In this document: positions 1 to 12,814 of the stretch, piece after piece
Layout of the letters: the number at the start of each line of letters is the position of its first letter
How positions within the stretch are numbered: position 1 is the first letter of the stretch
Assembly (NCBI RefSeq): GCF_006345805.1
Contig: NC_043011.1
Location: forward strand, 53,766,464-53,830,463
DNA from: Octopus sinensis
Taxonomy: Eukaryota
DNA: 64,000 bases
Direction: 5' to 3'
The notes under the pieces: generated by a model
Seen by the model: only the letters and a program-made list of their open reading frames with translations
Databases searched by the model: none
What the model was told of the DNA's origin: nothing
Position numbers and translations under genes: made by a program

Positions 1-62
1 AAAACAAAAATATTTTGAACAATCAAAAAATACCAACTAGATTATGGCTAAGAGATTGTGGT

Positions 63-715
63 TTACTCAAAATAGCTGCCCTCAGTTTCCACCACGACCT
101 CAGCATGACTCCAGAACCTGGTGCCTGCATTCTTCACTGTGTCCCTGGGAAGATCTTTGAATACCTTCTTGATCTAGACACCCCCCCCCTGCTCAGCTTT
201 GGTGTTGTGTTAGAGCAGTTGGTGTCTTTCTTAACTGTATGCTACACGTAGTGATCTGTGGGATTATAATCAAAGGGATTAGGAAGCGATAAACTGGAAC
301 TGGTGAAGTTGATGAAATTCTCTGATAATCACTTTTGACTCTTTCTGGTGGTATGGCAAGGATCAGAATCCTCTGCCAAACATATGGCCTTTGGAGCATC
401 AAAACTCACCAGCCAAGGACTGAACATAGTCTCCAGCAGCTTCGTACAGCCTTCTGAATAGAGCTCAAGTCTCTGCTGAAAGACGTGGGAATGAATTAAT
501 TAGAGCATGCAGACGCAGTCAGAATCTCTACTGTTTTTCCCTGCTGGCCACAGCTTCATAGTCTCCATTGCAACTGTCAAAGGTTTTGTCTTACAGCCTT
601 TTGCAGTGTTCACAGAGCATTAAACCACAGTCATGATATTGAGATTGTGATATTCAACACGAATCATCATGATGCAGGTAACTCTTTTCCAATATTCAAA
701 TGACTTCCAGTCTTC
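63..715 (-). mobile_element. Degenerate, internally deleted Tc1/mariner transposase relic of DD37D (maT/Bmmar1-like) type
   Basis: With frameshifts, the minus strand reads YVWQ.DSDPCHTTRKSQK*LSENF...KIKKVFKDLPRDTVKNAGTRFWSHAEVVVETEGSYFE*. N-terminal-like sequence at about 480-715 is joined to it across a deletion. Confidence 0.8.
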
Positions 716-722
716 CATGTCT

Positions 723-952
723 TATTTCTTTACTGCCCACAAGGGGCTAAACATACAGGGGACAAACAAGGACAGACAAAGGGATTAAGTCGATTACATC
801 AACCCCAGTGCTTAACTGGTACTTGATTTATCAATCCCGAAAGGATGAAAGGCAAGGTCAACCTCGGCGGAATTTGAACTCAGAATGTAATGGCAGACGA
901 AATGCCGCTCATCATTTTGGCCGGCTTGCTAAAGTTTCTGCCAGCTCACTGC
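723..952 (-). mobile_element. tRNA-derived SINE, family A (~230 bp)
   Basis: Matches the other family A copies; 11-bp TSD cttccatgtct at 712-722 and 953-963. Confidence 0.9.
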
Positions 953-1231
953 CTTCCATGTCTGTTAACTTTTTCTCAACTGTAACTTTAACCTTTATGC
1001 TCTCCAATGCCATTGACTATTCACCAATACATCAAGCAGTTTCTGATAAGAGGAGACATAGAATATCATAAAATTTAACCCGGACACCTGGTATAATCAT
1101 ACTCATTTACTTGTTTCAGTCATTTTGACTGTGGCCATGCTGGAGCACCGCCTTTAGTCAAACAAAATCGATCTTTGGACTTATTCTTTATAAGCCTAGT
1201 ACTTATTCTATCGGTCTCTTTTTGCCGAACC

Positions 1232-1500
1232 ATTTATTCCTTTGGAATAAAACCAATGTTGTCTTTGAAACATATGTCGAAAGTAAAAGAATTTGAATAA
1301 CACCTGCATTCAACTCCATTTATTTTCTTATACTATACAAATTATTGCACATTAACTTGGAGTTTCTACCTTTGAATAGGTCGCTACATCCTTGTTACTT
1401 GCGTGAATTTTGCTACCCTGGTAACTGTTTATTGAATTTTCCATGTTAACTGTAAGCAAAGGATAATTCATTCATCCATTTACACATATTTCAACAGATT
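1232..1500. repeat. Unclassified interspersed repeat, copy 1 (copy 2 at ~4610-5065)
   Basis: tttattcctttggaataaaaccaatgttgtc...gctaccctggtaactgtttattgaattttccatgttaa recurs at 4741-5060, there with a ~65-bp SINE-tail insertion. Confidence 0.8.
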
Positions 1501-1608
1501 ATGTATATATATATATATATGTATGTGTGTGTATATGTTTGTGTGTCTGTGCTTGCCCCCCCCCCCGGCATCACTTGACAACCAATGCTGGTGTGTTTAC
1601 GTCCCTGT

Positions 1609-1844
1609 TAAGGTGGCGAGCTGGCAGAATCGTTAGCACGCCGGCCGAAATGCTTTGCGGTATTTCGTCCGCCGCTGCGTTCTGAGTTCAAATTCCACCG
1701 AGGTCGACTTTGCCTTTCATCCTTTCGGGGTCGATAAATTAAGTACCAGTTATGCACTGGGGTCGATGTAATCGACTTAATTCGTTTGTCTGTCCTTGTT
1801 TGTCCCCTCTGTGTTTAGCCCCTTGTGGGTAGTAAAGAGATACA
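1609..1844 (+). mobile_element. SINE family A nested in a family B SINE
   Basis: Head ggcgagctggcagaatcgttagc and B-box gagttcaaatt; 12-bp TSD ttacgtccctgt at 1597-1608 and 1845-1856 splits the host copy. Confidence 0.92.
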
Positions 1845-3048
1845 TTACGTCCCTGTAACTTAGCAGTTCGGCAAAAGAGACAGATAGAATAAGTACTAGG
1901 CTTACAAAGAATAAATCCTGGGGTCGATTTGCTCAACTAAAGGTGGTGCTCCAGCATGGCTGCAGTCAAATGACTAAAACAAGTAAAAGAAAGAAAAAGA
2001 AAGAATAAAACCATTACATGATGTAAAAAAAACTGTTTTCTCAGGAAAAAAACCAACATTTTCTCAGGTGAATTATGAGTCAAACTTGACATTTAGTATT
2101 TTTCACACAAATAGTACATAACGCGTGACCATCCCATGTTGGTTAGAGCTGAGAGAGTATATATAATGACTAATAAGGAATGGTGCAAGCAAATTATTTT
2201 ACTACTGTAATTTATTGTCCTTTCAATTTACACTCGTTAGAATAAATGATCTCCTGTTTACACTTTCATCTGATAGCCTGTGTCTGTGGATGAACTTAAT
2301 TTACTAAAACAGGCACTTAATCATTTTGAAAACAAACCTGCTCTCTCAAGAGCTCTTGGTCCTGTGATACAAGTATCTGGTTTTAAAAGTGGTCTAAATT
2401 AAAACTTTCCATCAAATTTTCATGTTAATTTATGGTCTAAACACCAGTTTAGGAATTACAGTAATTTTCATAAATTCTTTAATTGTTTTAAAAATTAACT
2501 GAAATTTATTCACCAAAAATATGGTAACAAAATATATAAAAAAAAAAAATTCAACAAAAATTGAGAAATGCACAAAATTATAAAAATATTAATTAGCTAT
2601 TAGTGACAAAAACAGCTTTTGAAACGAATATTAATTAACACACTCAAACTAATTTGGATGTGTTGTTTATAATGCTGTCAACGACCCTGAAAATCTTTTT
2701 GTGTAGTCGACAAATACTGTAAAGAATCTAAATTCTATTATTGGTCGACGAAATTCTGTCAGTGCACCAGAAGATGGCACTATGGTATCATGTTGCAAAT
2801 GCTTCTGTCACTAATAGCTAATTTGCATACAGCCTGCCATCTTTCTGAAACACCTCTAGCTATTTGACCAGTATCATTCCATTTTGGTTTGGTTGATTTT
2901 CTGTCTGGCATTCAGCTTGGCAGGCTTCCACTGATGATTCGTGGTATGGTGAAATCATGTGATATGGTAATATGGTAGAAGCATCCCCCAGTCTACTGAT
3001 GGAATTTTGTCAACCAATAAGCTGATGGAAACTATATGGAAGCCTGTT

Positions 3049-3082
<34 letters not shown>

Positions 3083-3159
3083 ATACATACTACATACATA
3101 TATATATATATACACATACACACAAACATACATATAAATATATATGTATATATATATAT

Positions 3160-3362
3160 GTGGAGGCACATGGCCTAGTGGTTAGAGCAGTGGACTCGTG
3201 GTCGAGGGATCACGGGTTCAAATCTCAGACTGGGTGATGTGAGTGTTTATGAGCGAAACACCTAAGCTCCACGCGGTTCTGGCAGAAGGTAATGGCGAAC
3301 TTCTGGGAAAGCGGCCCTTATGAGCCAGGCGTGGCTTGAGAAGGAACAAATAAACAACAACA
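3160..3362 (+). mobile_element. tRNA-headed SINE family C, internally deleted
   Basis: A-box tggcctagtgg and B-box ggttcaaatc; body matches 50952-51235 and the reverse complement of 49317-49702. Confidence 0.85.
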
Positions 3363-3407
3363 ACATATATATACATACATATCTATCTATCTATCTATGT
3401 ATCTATC

Positions 3408-3526
<119 letters not shown>

Positions 3527-3825
3527 AAAATTTAATTCATCCCCTCCTAAACATGGATGTTCTGTTAGAACAAACTATACTGTGGTAGTTACCATGAGAG
3601 AAACTCTCATACTGGGACAAAATGCACTCTTGTTTATATCATTAGTGGGGAAGTAAATCCCTGCCCTGAAACCACCAGATCATGTAATTTTGATCTTCCT
3701 TGGCCCTGTCAATAATGGACGCTTGACTGCTAGAGATAACAACAGTTCATCTCCACCTGCGATATATAGTGCATCAGTGCCAAAAACAGGCAGTGGTGTT
3801 ATGATTAGACAGTGAACTAGTTTAA

Positions 3826-4044
3826 CCCTTTAGTATTTAAACCGGCCATATCTGGCCAAAATATTTAATCTGTTTTATGTTCAAACCGACCAGATCCAGG
3901 CCCTCACACCTACCCTACAATGTTATTCTACATTAAGTAATTACATCATCAAGATCTTGAAGATATGAGATAATGCATAATTAATTCAAATCAATGTGAA
4001 TCAATAAGGATTATGTTTGATAGAATAATCTGAACACTAAAGGG
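3826..4044. mobile_element. piggyBac-type MITE (219 bp)
   Basis: TTAA|CCCTTTAG...CTAAAGGG|TTAA termini; near-identical copy at 19145-19363. Confidence 0.88.
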
Positions 4045-4099
4045 TTAAAAAGTAATTCTTAGCAACAGAGGTAATATTTATCCTCACTTAAACGTGGAT

Positions 4100-4360
4100 G
4101 TCTGTGGAAGTGGCACTGGCTAAGATTGAGTGATTTGAAGCCAGAGACAGAAGCGATTATCTGTGCTGTGCAAGGGAGAAGCTCTTTGGACAAATTATAT
4201 AAAATGCAGGTTTGACAATACAGCTGAGAGTGATGAGTGATAGGTGTGTGGCGAAAAAAAAAGAGAGGCCGTATGGCATATTGTGGATAAATGCATGATG
4301 GCATGATGCAGGCCATAAAAGAATACAAATAAAGACATGATAATGTCACAAGAACGATTT
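4100..4360 (+). mobile_element. R4/Dong-like (restriction-like endonuclease clade) LINE ORF fragment
   Basis: Reads WHWLRLSDLKPETEAIICAVQ...LWTNYIKCRFDNTAESDE...VCG...WHIVDKC...EYK*RHDNVTR, the CCHC-knuckle region of RLE-type LINEs. Confidence 0.8.
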
Positions 4361-4384
4361 ATTAAGAGGTCTCTCTCCCTCTCT

Positions 4385-5232
4385 CTTTTACTCTTTTACT
4401 TGTTTCAGTCATTTGACTCTGTCCATGCTGGAGCACCGCCTTTAGTCGAGCAAATCGACCCCAGGACTTATTCTTTGGATGCCTAGTACTTATTCTATCG
4501 GTCTCTTTTGCTGAACCGCAAAGTTACAGGGACGTAAACACACCAGCATCGGTTGTCAAGCGATGTTGGGGGGACAAACACACACACACATACATATATA
4601 GTCGAATCTACTAACGTTTTTTTTTTAAATACTTAATAACGTTCTGTTTATCATTTAGGCAGTCATCGTAATTGTTATAATGTCTTGTTGTTGAGATAGG
4701 CTCTCTTTCTTTCCTGATGAGAAGATTGCATTTTACACTGTTTATTCCTTTGGAATAAAACCAATGTTGTCTTCGAAACATATGTCGAAAGTAAAAGAAT
4801 TTTAATAACATGGCGGTGCCCCAGCATGGCCACAGCTCATAAGCTGAAACTGGAAAAATCAAAATCAAAAATCAAACATCTTCATTAAACTCCATTTATT
4901 TACTTATACTATACAAATTACTGCACATTAACCCGGAGTTTCTACCTTTGAATTGGTCGCTTCATCCGTGTTATTTGCGTGATTTTTGCTACCCTGGTAA
5001 CTGTTTATTGAATTTTCCATGTTAATGGTAAACAAAGCATAATTCGTTCAACCATCTAAATATATATATATATACACATATATGCGATGGGCTTCTTTCA
5101 GTTTCCATCTATGAAATCCACTCATAAGGCTTTGGTCGGCCTGTGGCTATAGTAGAAGACACTTGACCAAGGTGCCATGCAGTGGACTGAACCCAGAACC
5201 ATATGGTTGGTAAGCAAGCTACTTGCCACACA
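4385..5232 (-). mobile_element. SINE family B split by insertion of the unclassified repeat
   Basis: 3' half at 4385-4600 and 5' head at 5085-5232; the ~470-bp repeat sits in its central (CA/TA)n tract. Confidence 0.8.
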
Positions 5233-5837
5233 GCCACTCCTACTCCTGATAGCAATGATAATTTCTGATTTATGAGGTTTGAGGCCAGCGATTTGGAAGG
5301 GAGGGGCTAGTGGATTACATTGAATTTCAGTGCTTGACTGCTACTTTATTTTATGGGCCCCAAGTGGGATAAAAGGCAAAAATTGACCTCAGCAGGACTT
5401 GAACTCAATTGCTTCTCACATAGGTACAAGGCTAGAAATTTGGGGAGAGAGTTATTTAATAAAACCAGCCCTGGTACTTTGATGGTACTTTATTATATTG
5501 ACCCCCCCCCCAAAGGGTCTGAAAGCTAATGTTGACCTTGGAAGGATTCCAACTCCAAAACATAAAGGGCCATAACAACTGCTGTAAAAATATTGTCCAG
5601 CATTCTAATGATTCTGTCAAATCGGCTGTTTCAATGGTGATGATGATGATGATGATGAAGAGGATGATGGCAGTGGTGTCGTTGGTGGTGCCTCAATCTA
5701 CAGGAATATGAACACATTCCGACAACCGATAAAGTATTAATATAAACAGTTCTGTTCGATGTGTTTTTATTGCTGGCATTTATACGATATGGTTTCTGAT
5801 ACATATCGGTGATTGTGGTATGTGTGGAGGGAGAAAC

Positions 5838-5917
<80 letters not shown>

Positions 5918-6397
5918 AAGGAAAAAGAAAAAAGATAGGGGAGAGAGGGAGAGATAAAAGAAAGAGAGAAAGAGAGGAGGGAGGGAAAGTTGGAGGAAAC
6001 GAAGGGGAGATAGTCAAAGAAAGAGTTCCACAGAGTGCACCAACTGGCTCGGAATCTTTTAAATCAATGTTATACTGAATAAATATAAATGTATGCACAA
6101 CTAAACATGATTGAGAAGCTGTTCCACGCACTGAGTTTTTGGGTTTTTCTCTTTCTTTTTTGTACCCTGTTCTCACTTTGTCTCTTTTCTTTATGTTTTC
6201 TATTTTCCTTTTTTTTCCCACAAGTTATCGCAACATTATTATAGAATGGCCGCCTTTGTTAAGAATGGTTTAAGATACAGTCGTTGGTTCTGCTGTGCAC
6301 ATGTGGGGGATGACGGATTGGAAATATTCCTCCTAAACAAATGAAGAGTGGAACATTTAAGTGGCACTCATGTACAACCGATTGCATTCTATTACAG

Positions 6398-6443
6398 GGT
6401 AGCAGCAAATGAGGAATATAAAGAGTGCTTTGAATGCTGGGAA
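6398..6443 (+). CDS. Candidate 46-nt internal exon (VAANEEYKECFECWE) of an unidentified gene
   Basis: Acceptor ttctattacag|G and donor GAA|gtatgt; one open frame; unique sequence between microsatellites. No homolog recognised. Confidence 0.25.
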
Positions 6444-6659
6444 GTATGTGTGTGTAGGAGAGAGAAAGAGAGAGAGAGAGGGGAGAGAGAGAGAAAGAGA
6501 AAAAGAGAGAGTGAGAGATGGAAGGAGAAGGAGAGTGAGAGAGAGACGGAAAGAGAGAGAGAGAGAAAGATTGAAAGAGAGAGAGGAAGAGAGATGGAGA
6601 GAAAGAATGAGAGAAAGAGAGAGAGAGAGAGAATTCTATGTAAGAATATAACTAAATAT

Positions 6660-6663
6660 AATA

Positions 6664-6718
<55 letters not shown>

Positions 6719-6810
6719 TTGCAGCTGCTGATGGGGGTGATGATGGTAACAACCACAACAACAACAACAGCAACAACAACGACAACGTCGACGTCGACGA
6801 CGACAACAAC

Positions 6811-6850
<40 letters not shown>

Positions 6851-6914
6851 GATGATGATGATGATGATGATGATAACAACAACAACAACAATAATAATAA
6901 TAATAATAATAATA

Positions 6915-6986
<72 letters not shown>

Positions 6987-7030
6987 AACAACAACAACAA
7001 CAACAACAACAATAATAATAGTAATAATAG
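6660..7030. repeat. Compound (AAT)n/(AAC)n/(GAT)n microsatellite
   Basis: Direct inspection; explains the poly-I/N/Y/L ORFs. Confidence 0.97.
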
Positions 7031-7629
7031 CTCTCAAGTACTGATTGCATTTTGTTGGTGCAAAAAGAAATGGAAGAAGGATTATTTTGTTGGTAAAAAG
7101 CATTAAGAAAGATTGATGAAGTGAGTGACAAGAATGGCAGAGGATCTGTGGAAGCAGGAAGTTTTACAGGGAAATAAAATATCTTTAAGTTGACCAAATT
7201 GACTGAGTGGCTTCAACGTCGGAATGGAGAGAGAAGGAGAGAAGTGGAAGGGAAGACGTGAAGAATGAGAAAGCCGTGTGACAGCTGGGAATATAAGGGA
7301 TATATTTGTAATGGGAGGTTAAGGAAGAAACAAACTGAAAATTATTCTGAGAATAAAATATCAAATAGATTTTTGCAACTGTAAAACTTAGAAGAATTCT
7401 GAGAGTTGTGTTTTCATTGGAAGACAAAATCATAAAAGTTGGAATTTTAGTACTAGGCTACGGTTAAAATGGAAAAGCTTGCAGTTGTGTTGGGGTTAGA
7501 CGAATCTGATCTTAAATGATCTTGTGTTTTTGTTTCTGATGTTCTTTAACTCTTTGGCATTCAGACCAGCCATATCTGGCCAAAAATATTCTTCAATGTT
7601 TTTATGTTCAAACTGGCCAGGTCTAGTTT

Positions 7630-7945
7630 CTCGCCCAACTGGCCTCCGTGCCGGTGGCACGTAAAAAGCAACATCCGACCGTGGCCGTTGCCAGCTTTGT
7701 CTGGTCCCCGTGCCAGTGGCACATAAAAAGCACCATCCAATCGTGGCTATCTGGCAGCCCCGTCTGGCACCTGTGCCGGTAGCACGTAAAAAGCACCCAC
7801 TACACTCACAGAGTGGTTGGCGTTAGGAAGGGCATCCAGCTGTAGAAACTCTGCCAGATCAAGATTGGAGCCTGGTGCAGCCTTCTGGCTTCCCAGACCC
7901 CAGTTGAACCGTCCAACCCATGCCAGCATGGAAAGCGGACGTTAA

Positions 7946-7978
<33 letters not shown>

Positions 7979-7980
7979 TT
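7630..7980 (+). mobile_element. (ATG)n-tailed SINE/LINE-end family D sharing an RTE 3' end
   Basis: ggttggcgttaggaagggcatccagc...gaaagcggacgttaaa(tga)n. At 52575-52990 the same tail is contiguous with an RTE ORF end. Confidence 0.85.
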
Positions 7981-8289
7981 GTGCATTAGAATCCATTTCC
8001 TCAAACAAAGCAAGACATTTAACTAAATGAGAAAAAGCCTCCTGCATTTTTTTAAATGTAAAACTATGAGGCCCAGGATTAATGATGCATACTGTACTTT
8101 AACTTTAATCTTAATATGCTATACAGATTATGTTTCTTTTGCTTTTTTTTATTTATTTCCCAGGGACGAATATGAACGTAACTAATTGATACAACCCAGA
8201 ACTAACAGTACAGTATAGTATGAATGTTATTGATCTTTTGCCAGGTGACATAAATTAATGTTGTATTCAATATTTATTTAATATTTTAG

Positions 8290-8532
8290 AAAGACCAACG
8301 CATCTTCCGAAATTATGTAAGTTGAAATGACTTAACCTGAAGTATATGTGTATACCAGAAGGTCTGCAAATCTAACACAAGCCTCAAAAGACATTTTAAG
8401 ATCTACAAAGATCAGAACTTAACTACAGATCTTGGTGGTCCAAATCGGATTTGCAATCTATGTGGGTGTCTTTGCAAAATACTGTCTGGTTTAAAAAGCC
8501 ACATCAAACGCCATGATGCTTCTAAGGTGTAA
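8290..8532 (+). mobile_element. Degenerate C-terminal multi-C2H2 tail, probably a LINE ORF2 3' end
   Basis: One frame with two stops: KDQRIFRNYVS*NDLT*SICVYQKVCKSNTSLKRHFKIYKDQNLTTDLGGPNRICNLCGCLCKILSGLKSHIKRHDASKV*. No TGEKP linkers. Confidence 0.6.
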
Positions 8533-8999
8533 GTACAGGAGATGGTTAAACTCTGCATATACATACATACACACACACACACTGATATATATATATATAT
8601 ATAATATATATATATGTATATATATGTATATATGTGAAATACAAAATGGGACAAGAACGCAAAACATCCGGACAACTAGGTGATGCAAAAAGGGACAACA
8701 AAACATCCAGATAGACGATACAAAAAAACAAGGACGGGCCATTCAAAGCTTTTTATCCTCAGTCAAGAACCAGATCATCTTTGCAATTTCAGCTGATTAA
8801 TCTTGAGATTGCTCTAATCTGGCCAGCCCCAAGGAAAAACTAAGCTAAGAGCATTAGATTCCTTGGAAAAAAGCATCGAATGTATACGAAAACAAGGACG
8901 GAAAAACAGACGATGTTACACGAATGTAAATACAAAAATACAATATACATATGTGTGTGCATGTATACATATATATATATGTATGTGCGAAACACCATG

Positions 9000-9215
9000 C
9001 TACATGGTAGTGAAACATGGGCTGGCCATGACTGCTGAGGACATGTATAAGCTTGCAAGAAATGAAGCTAGTATGCTCCGCTGGATGTGTAATGTCAGTG
9101 TGCATACACAACAGAGTGTAAGCTACCTGAGAGAAAAGTTGGGCATAAGAAGCATCAGATGTGGTGTGCAAGAGAGACAACTGCACTAGTATGGTTATGT
9201 GTTGTGTATGGATAA
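9000..9215 (+). mobile_element. RTE-clade LINE ORF2 C-terminal fragment
   Basis: AMTAEDMYKLARNEASMLRWMCNVSVHTQQSVSYLREKLGIRSIRCGVQERQLH*YGYV. Confidence 0.85.
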
Positions 9216-9269
9216 AGGACATATCAGAATGTTCACGTGAGCACCAACAGCAAATTAGAGACCCAGATG

Positions 9270-9415
9270 TCTGTGAGATACCTTTGAGTAACCATCTAGC
9301 AACATTCGGTTGGAAAATATTTATATTTCCATTCTACAAACCACACAGTCCAAGAGAAATTGCGAGAAAAATCAGAGAAAAAACTTTATTAATAAATTCC
9401 AATCCAAGCTAAATA
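9270..9415 (+). mobile_element. Penelope-like element GIY-YIG C-terminal fragment
   Basis: PLSNHLATFGWKIFIFPFYK...EIARKIREKTLLINSNPS resembles the end of PLE GIY-YIG domains (recognised from motif memory). Confidence 0.6.
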
Positions 9416-10356
9416 AACAATAATACTAATACTTAGAGGTACTATTTCTACTGCTACGACCACTAACACTAACAAAGACAACAATACTAAAGGTGAATAC
9501 TGATGATGATAGCAGGAAAATATTAGTTAAGTCAAGAGAAAAGTCAGTAAAAAATAATCTTATTCTTGGGTTTGAAGTTCTATTACCACAGCTACTCCTA
9601 CCACCACCACCAGCGACAACAACAACGACAACAATAATAAAGGAGAGGATAATGGGGATGATGGTAATTGAAATGTAAAAATCTTTGGGAAATGTTATTT
9701 ACAACATTTCTAAAAATAGCCCAACAATTACCGCTTTGGCCAGGGTCAAAATACAGGTCTCTTGTCATGTTCGACAAACTTTAACGCCTAAACCAAACAC
9801 CAATCAACTTAAGTAATTCAGTAAAATCCAATACTGATTGGTCAGAATACAGTTTGCAAAAATTAACATTCTTCAGTCTATAAAAATGTATTTGAGGCAC
9901 ACAGTTTAGCCATCTCACTACAGTCGTAGATTGTAAAACATAACTGTCACCACTTCTACATGAACCTGAAGATTGCATAGTTTAATGCATGAAAGTACTA
10001 GTTCAATCAGAATGGATATTTAATATTCTATCATTTCATTATTTTATATTATAAAACGTGAAAATAAGACAAAACTGGAATTTCTTTGAGTAGGAGTGGC
10101 TGTGTGGGAAGTAGCTTGCTTACCAACCACATGGTTCTGGGTTCAGTCCCACTGCATGGCACCTTGGGCAAGTGTCTTCTACTATAGCCTCAGGCTGATC
10201 AAAGCCTGTAACTTAGCGGTTCGACAAAAGAGACTGATAGAATAAGTACTAGGCTTACAAAGATTAAGTTCTGGGGTTGATTTGCTCAACTAAAGGTGGT
10301 GCTCCAGCATGACCACAATCAAATGACTGAAACAAGAAAGAGTGAAAGACTAAAGA

Positions 10357-10392
<36 letters not shown>

Positions 10393-10659
10393 ACACATAC
10401 AGTGGGCTTCTTTCTGTTTCCATCTACCAAATCCACACACAAGCTTTTGTCAACTCAAGGCTATAGTAAAATACACTTGCCCCAGGTGCCATGCAGTGGA
10501 ACTGAACCTGGAACCATGTGGTTGGTAAGCAAACTTCTTACCACACAGCCACACCTGTACTTATTTGAAGACAAATTGATTATTTAGAAAAACATACAAG
10601 TAATAACAGAAAACAGCTTAACAGAAAAAATGTGTGCATATAAACTAGATTATCTTCTG

Positions 10660-11463
10660 ACTATGGCAGCTTCTAAAGAATCCTTGGTGCTATGAGTATG
10701 TTGACTGACCTCTCTTTCAACAATGCTTCACACATTGTAGACCAATGGACTGAGGTCTGGTGTGTTTGGAGACCAAAGGTTAGGGATTTCGTGACCATGA
10801 AAATTGTCAGCCATCCATTGTTGGTTTTCTTGAGCCTTGTGGATACTGCAGAGTCCTGTTGAAACATGTACAACCTTCCATTGCCTGCTCTACCTATCTA
10901 GAGCTTGAAAACTGTGTCCAAGACTTCAATGTAGCCAGTAGGGTTAACTCTAAGGCCTTGTGGAAAGAAGTGAGGATGTATCACATTGTTCTACATTACT
11001 AACAACCCTAAAAGCCATGAGAGTTGCAGTAAATTTTGTGTGCATGACTTTTGGAAGTTCAGAAGGGCCTGAACATAACTTGCCTCTTTTACTTTGCCTT
11101 TAGTTGAGCAAATCGACCCCAGGACTTATTCTTTGTAAACCTAGTACTTATTCTGTCGGTCTCTTTTGCCAAACTGCTAAGTTATGGGGACATAAACACA
11201 CTAGCATCAGTTATCAAGCGATGCCGGGAGGACAAACATAGACACACAAACACACACACACACACACACACACCACACACATATATACATACACATATAT
11301 ACGACGGGCTTCTTTTCAGTTTCTGTCTACCAAATCCACTCACAAGGCTTTGGTCGGCCTGAAGCTATAGTAGAAGACACTTGCCCAAGGTGCCATGCAA
11401 TGGGACTGAACCCGGAACCATGTGGTTGGTAAGCAAGCTACTTACCACACAGCCACTCCTGCA

Positions 11464-11502
<39 letters not shown>

Positions 11503-12060
11503 TCAAAATTTTCTCATCTGAGAAAAACCAAATCATTGCATGTTCTGCATTTTAAACTTTGTTTCATAGCATTTTAGATCTGGACGAACAATTTTCTTTT
11601 GTTTCCTTTCTTTTTTTGTTGACATGACTTGACCTCTCCTCAACACATAAGACTTGTGCGGGATATCTTCGTGGATAACATTTATGTTTGTCCTTTCTGA
11701 CACATAAAAAATCTTCTGTAATTGGTCTCATAGATTTTGGGGGATTTCTATCAGCGATCTGCAGAACTTGTCAAATAAATTCAGGTGTTCTGAGGGTATC
11801 AGAGTATTGGGAATGCATTTTGTGTTCTGACACAGATGCCTTTCCATCTGAGGCTTCTAACTTCTTGCAAACTTTGTAGATGAAAGATCTGGCAACTTTT
11901 AAAAAACTGAACTATCTCTAAATCTCTGTGCTTGGCCTTTAGGGCCACAGTTACAGCTTACTCTCCTTCATTTCTTGAGTAAGCTGAGTGTCTGCCATTA
12001 TTATTTTATGAAGCATAGATGACAGAAAGTTAATTTGAAAACAGTAATAACTAAAAAATG
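10660..12060 (-). mobile_element. DD37D (maT-like) transposase relic interrupted by a SINE
   Basis: One frameshift restores QQD-SAVSHKAQENQQWMADNFHGHEIPNLWSPNTPDLSPL-(D>V)YNV, with 37 residues between the catalytic positions. N-terminal SDTLRTPEFI at ~11780-11810. Confidence 0.85.
11085..11465 (-). mobile_element. SINE family B (tRNA head, CORE-like ccttgggcaagt, internal microsatellite)
   Basis: Full head-to-tail copy. Other copies at ~10090-10345, 20728-21135, 22085-22490, 27492-27895, 39862-40275(-), 40555-40950 and 56546-56940. Confidence 0.9.
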
Positions 12061-12159
12061 TCATGTCTCCAAACAACGTGTGTGTGTGTGTGTGTAGATG
12101 TGTGTACGTGTGTGTGTGTGTGTATACATATATATATACACACATACACATATATACAT

Positions 12160-12400
12160 ACACATCAAAAATGCGACCTCGTGTGTACCGTTGGCGGTTG
12201 GTTTTTTTTCCTATGTCTTCCCTTTTCCTGGATCTTTCCTTTTCTCCTATTGTTTCCGACAAAGAGCTCCACTCGAAACGTTAAACCCATCCTTCTTTCC
12301 TTCTTTCCTGAGCGTCCAATAATAATACTATATTTGTTCCAAAGTCCCTCGCGTGGTTTTTGTTTTTTTTTGTGCTTTTTTGTTTGGATTAACTATATTT
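12160..12400 (+). mobile_element. Short Penelope-type terminal-repeat-like element with a hammerhead-like motif
   Basis: Second copy inverted at ~43790-44015; contains gttt-ccgacaa-a-gagctccactc-gaaac-gtt-aaac. Confidence 0.55.
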
Positions 12401-12447
12401 ATGATATTATATATATATATATATATATACAACATACATACATATAA

Positions 12448-12496
<49 letters not shown>

Positions 12497-12814
12497 TTCA
12501 TATAGTAAGTGTATGTAAGTATGTGTATCTATGTCATTATTCAGTTTTATTTAAAGATTTCTTGCCAAAAGAGAAAGAGCTGGTTTCTAACCTAGATCCA
12601 AGGCTCCTTCATTGGAATTTCATGTATGTACGTATGCATGCATGTATGTATGTATGTAGGTGCATATAAAATGCAAAAATAAGCCGTGCTGCATGCTTGA
12701 AAACAACCTATTTACTGATGCATCCAACTGAATAGCAGATATCAGTCAAACACTTTGGTTCTCCAAATCTCTGAAGCCACAACAACAAGAATAAACAATG
12801 GCCATATTAAATAG

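Noticed and set aside
3160-3240. tRNA genes (also near 49620-49700, 50952-51030 and other A/B-box heads)
   Set aside because: The A and B boxes run into SINE bodies with TSDs, and there is no complete cloverleaf.
8290-8316. 27-nt microexon (ttttag|...|gtaagt; RPTHLPKL frame)
   Set aside because: Another frame (KDQRIFRNY) is continuous with the decayed C2H2 repeat tail, so the segment is better explained as retroelement relic. Exonisation is not excluded.
8370-8532. Member of the octopus C2H2 zinc-finger gene expansion
   Set aside because: No TGEKP-type linkers, in-frame stops, and at most two decayed fingers.
8735-8775. Hammerhead-like CTGAGGA...GAA on the minus strand
   Set aside because: Stem I does not pair and the GAAA/stem III region is non-canonical.
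9800-9895. Promoter-like CCAAT boxes plus tataaaa
   Set aside because: Such short motifs are expected by chance in AT-rich DNA, and I found no downstream exon or ORF.
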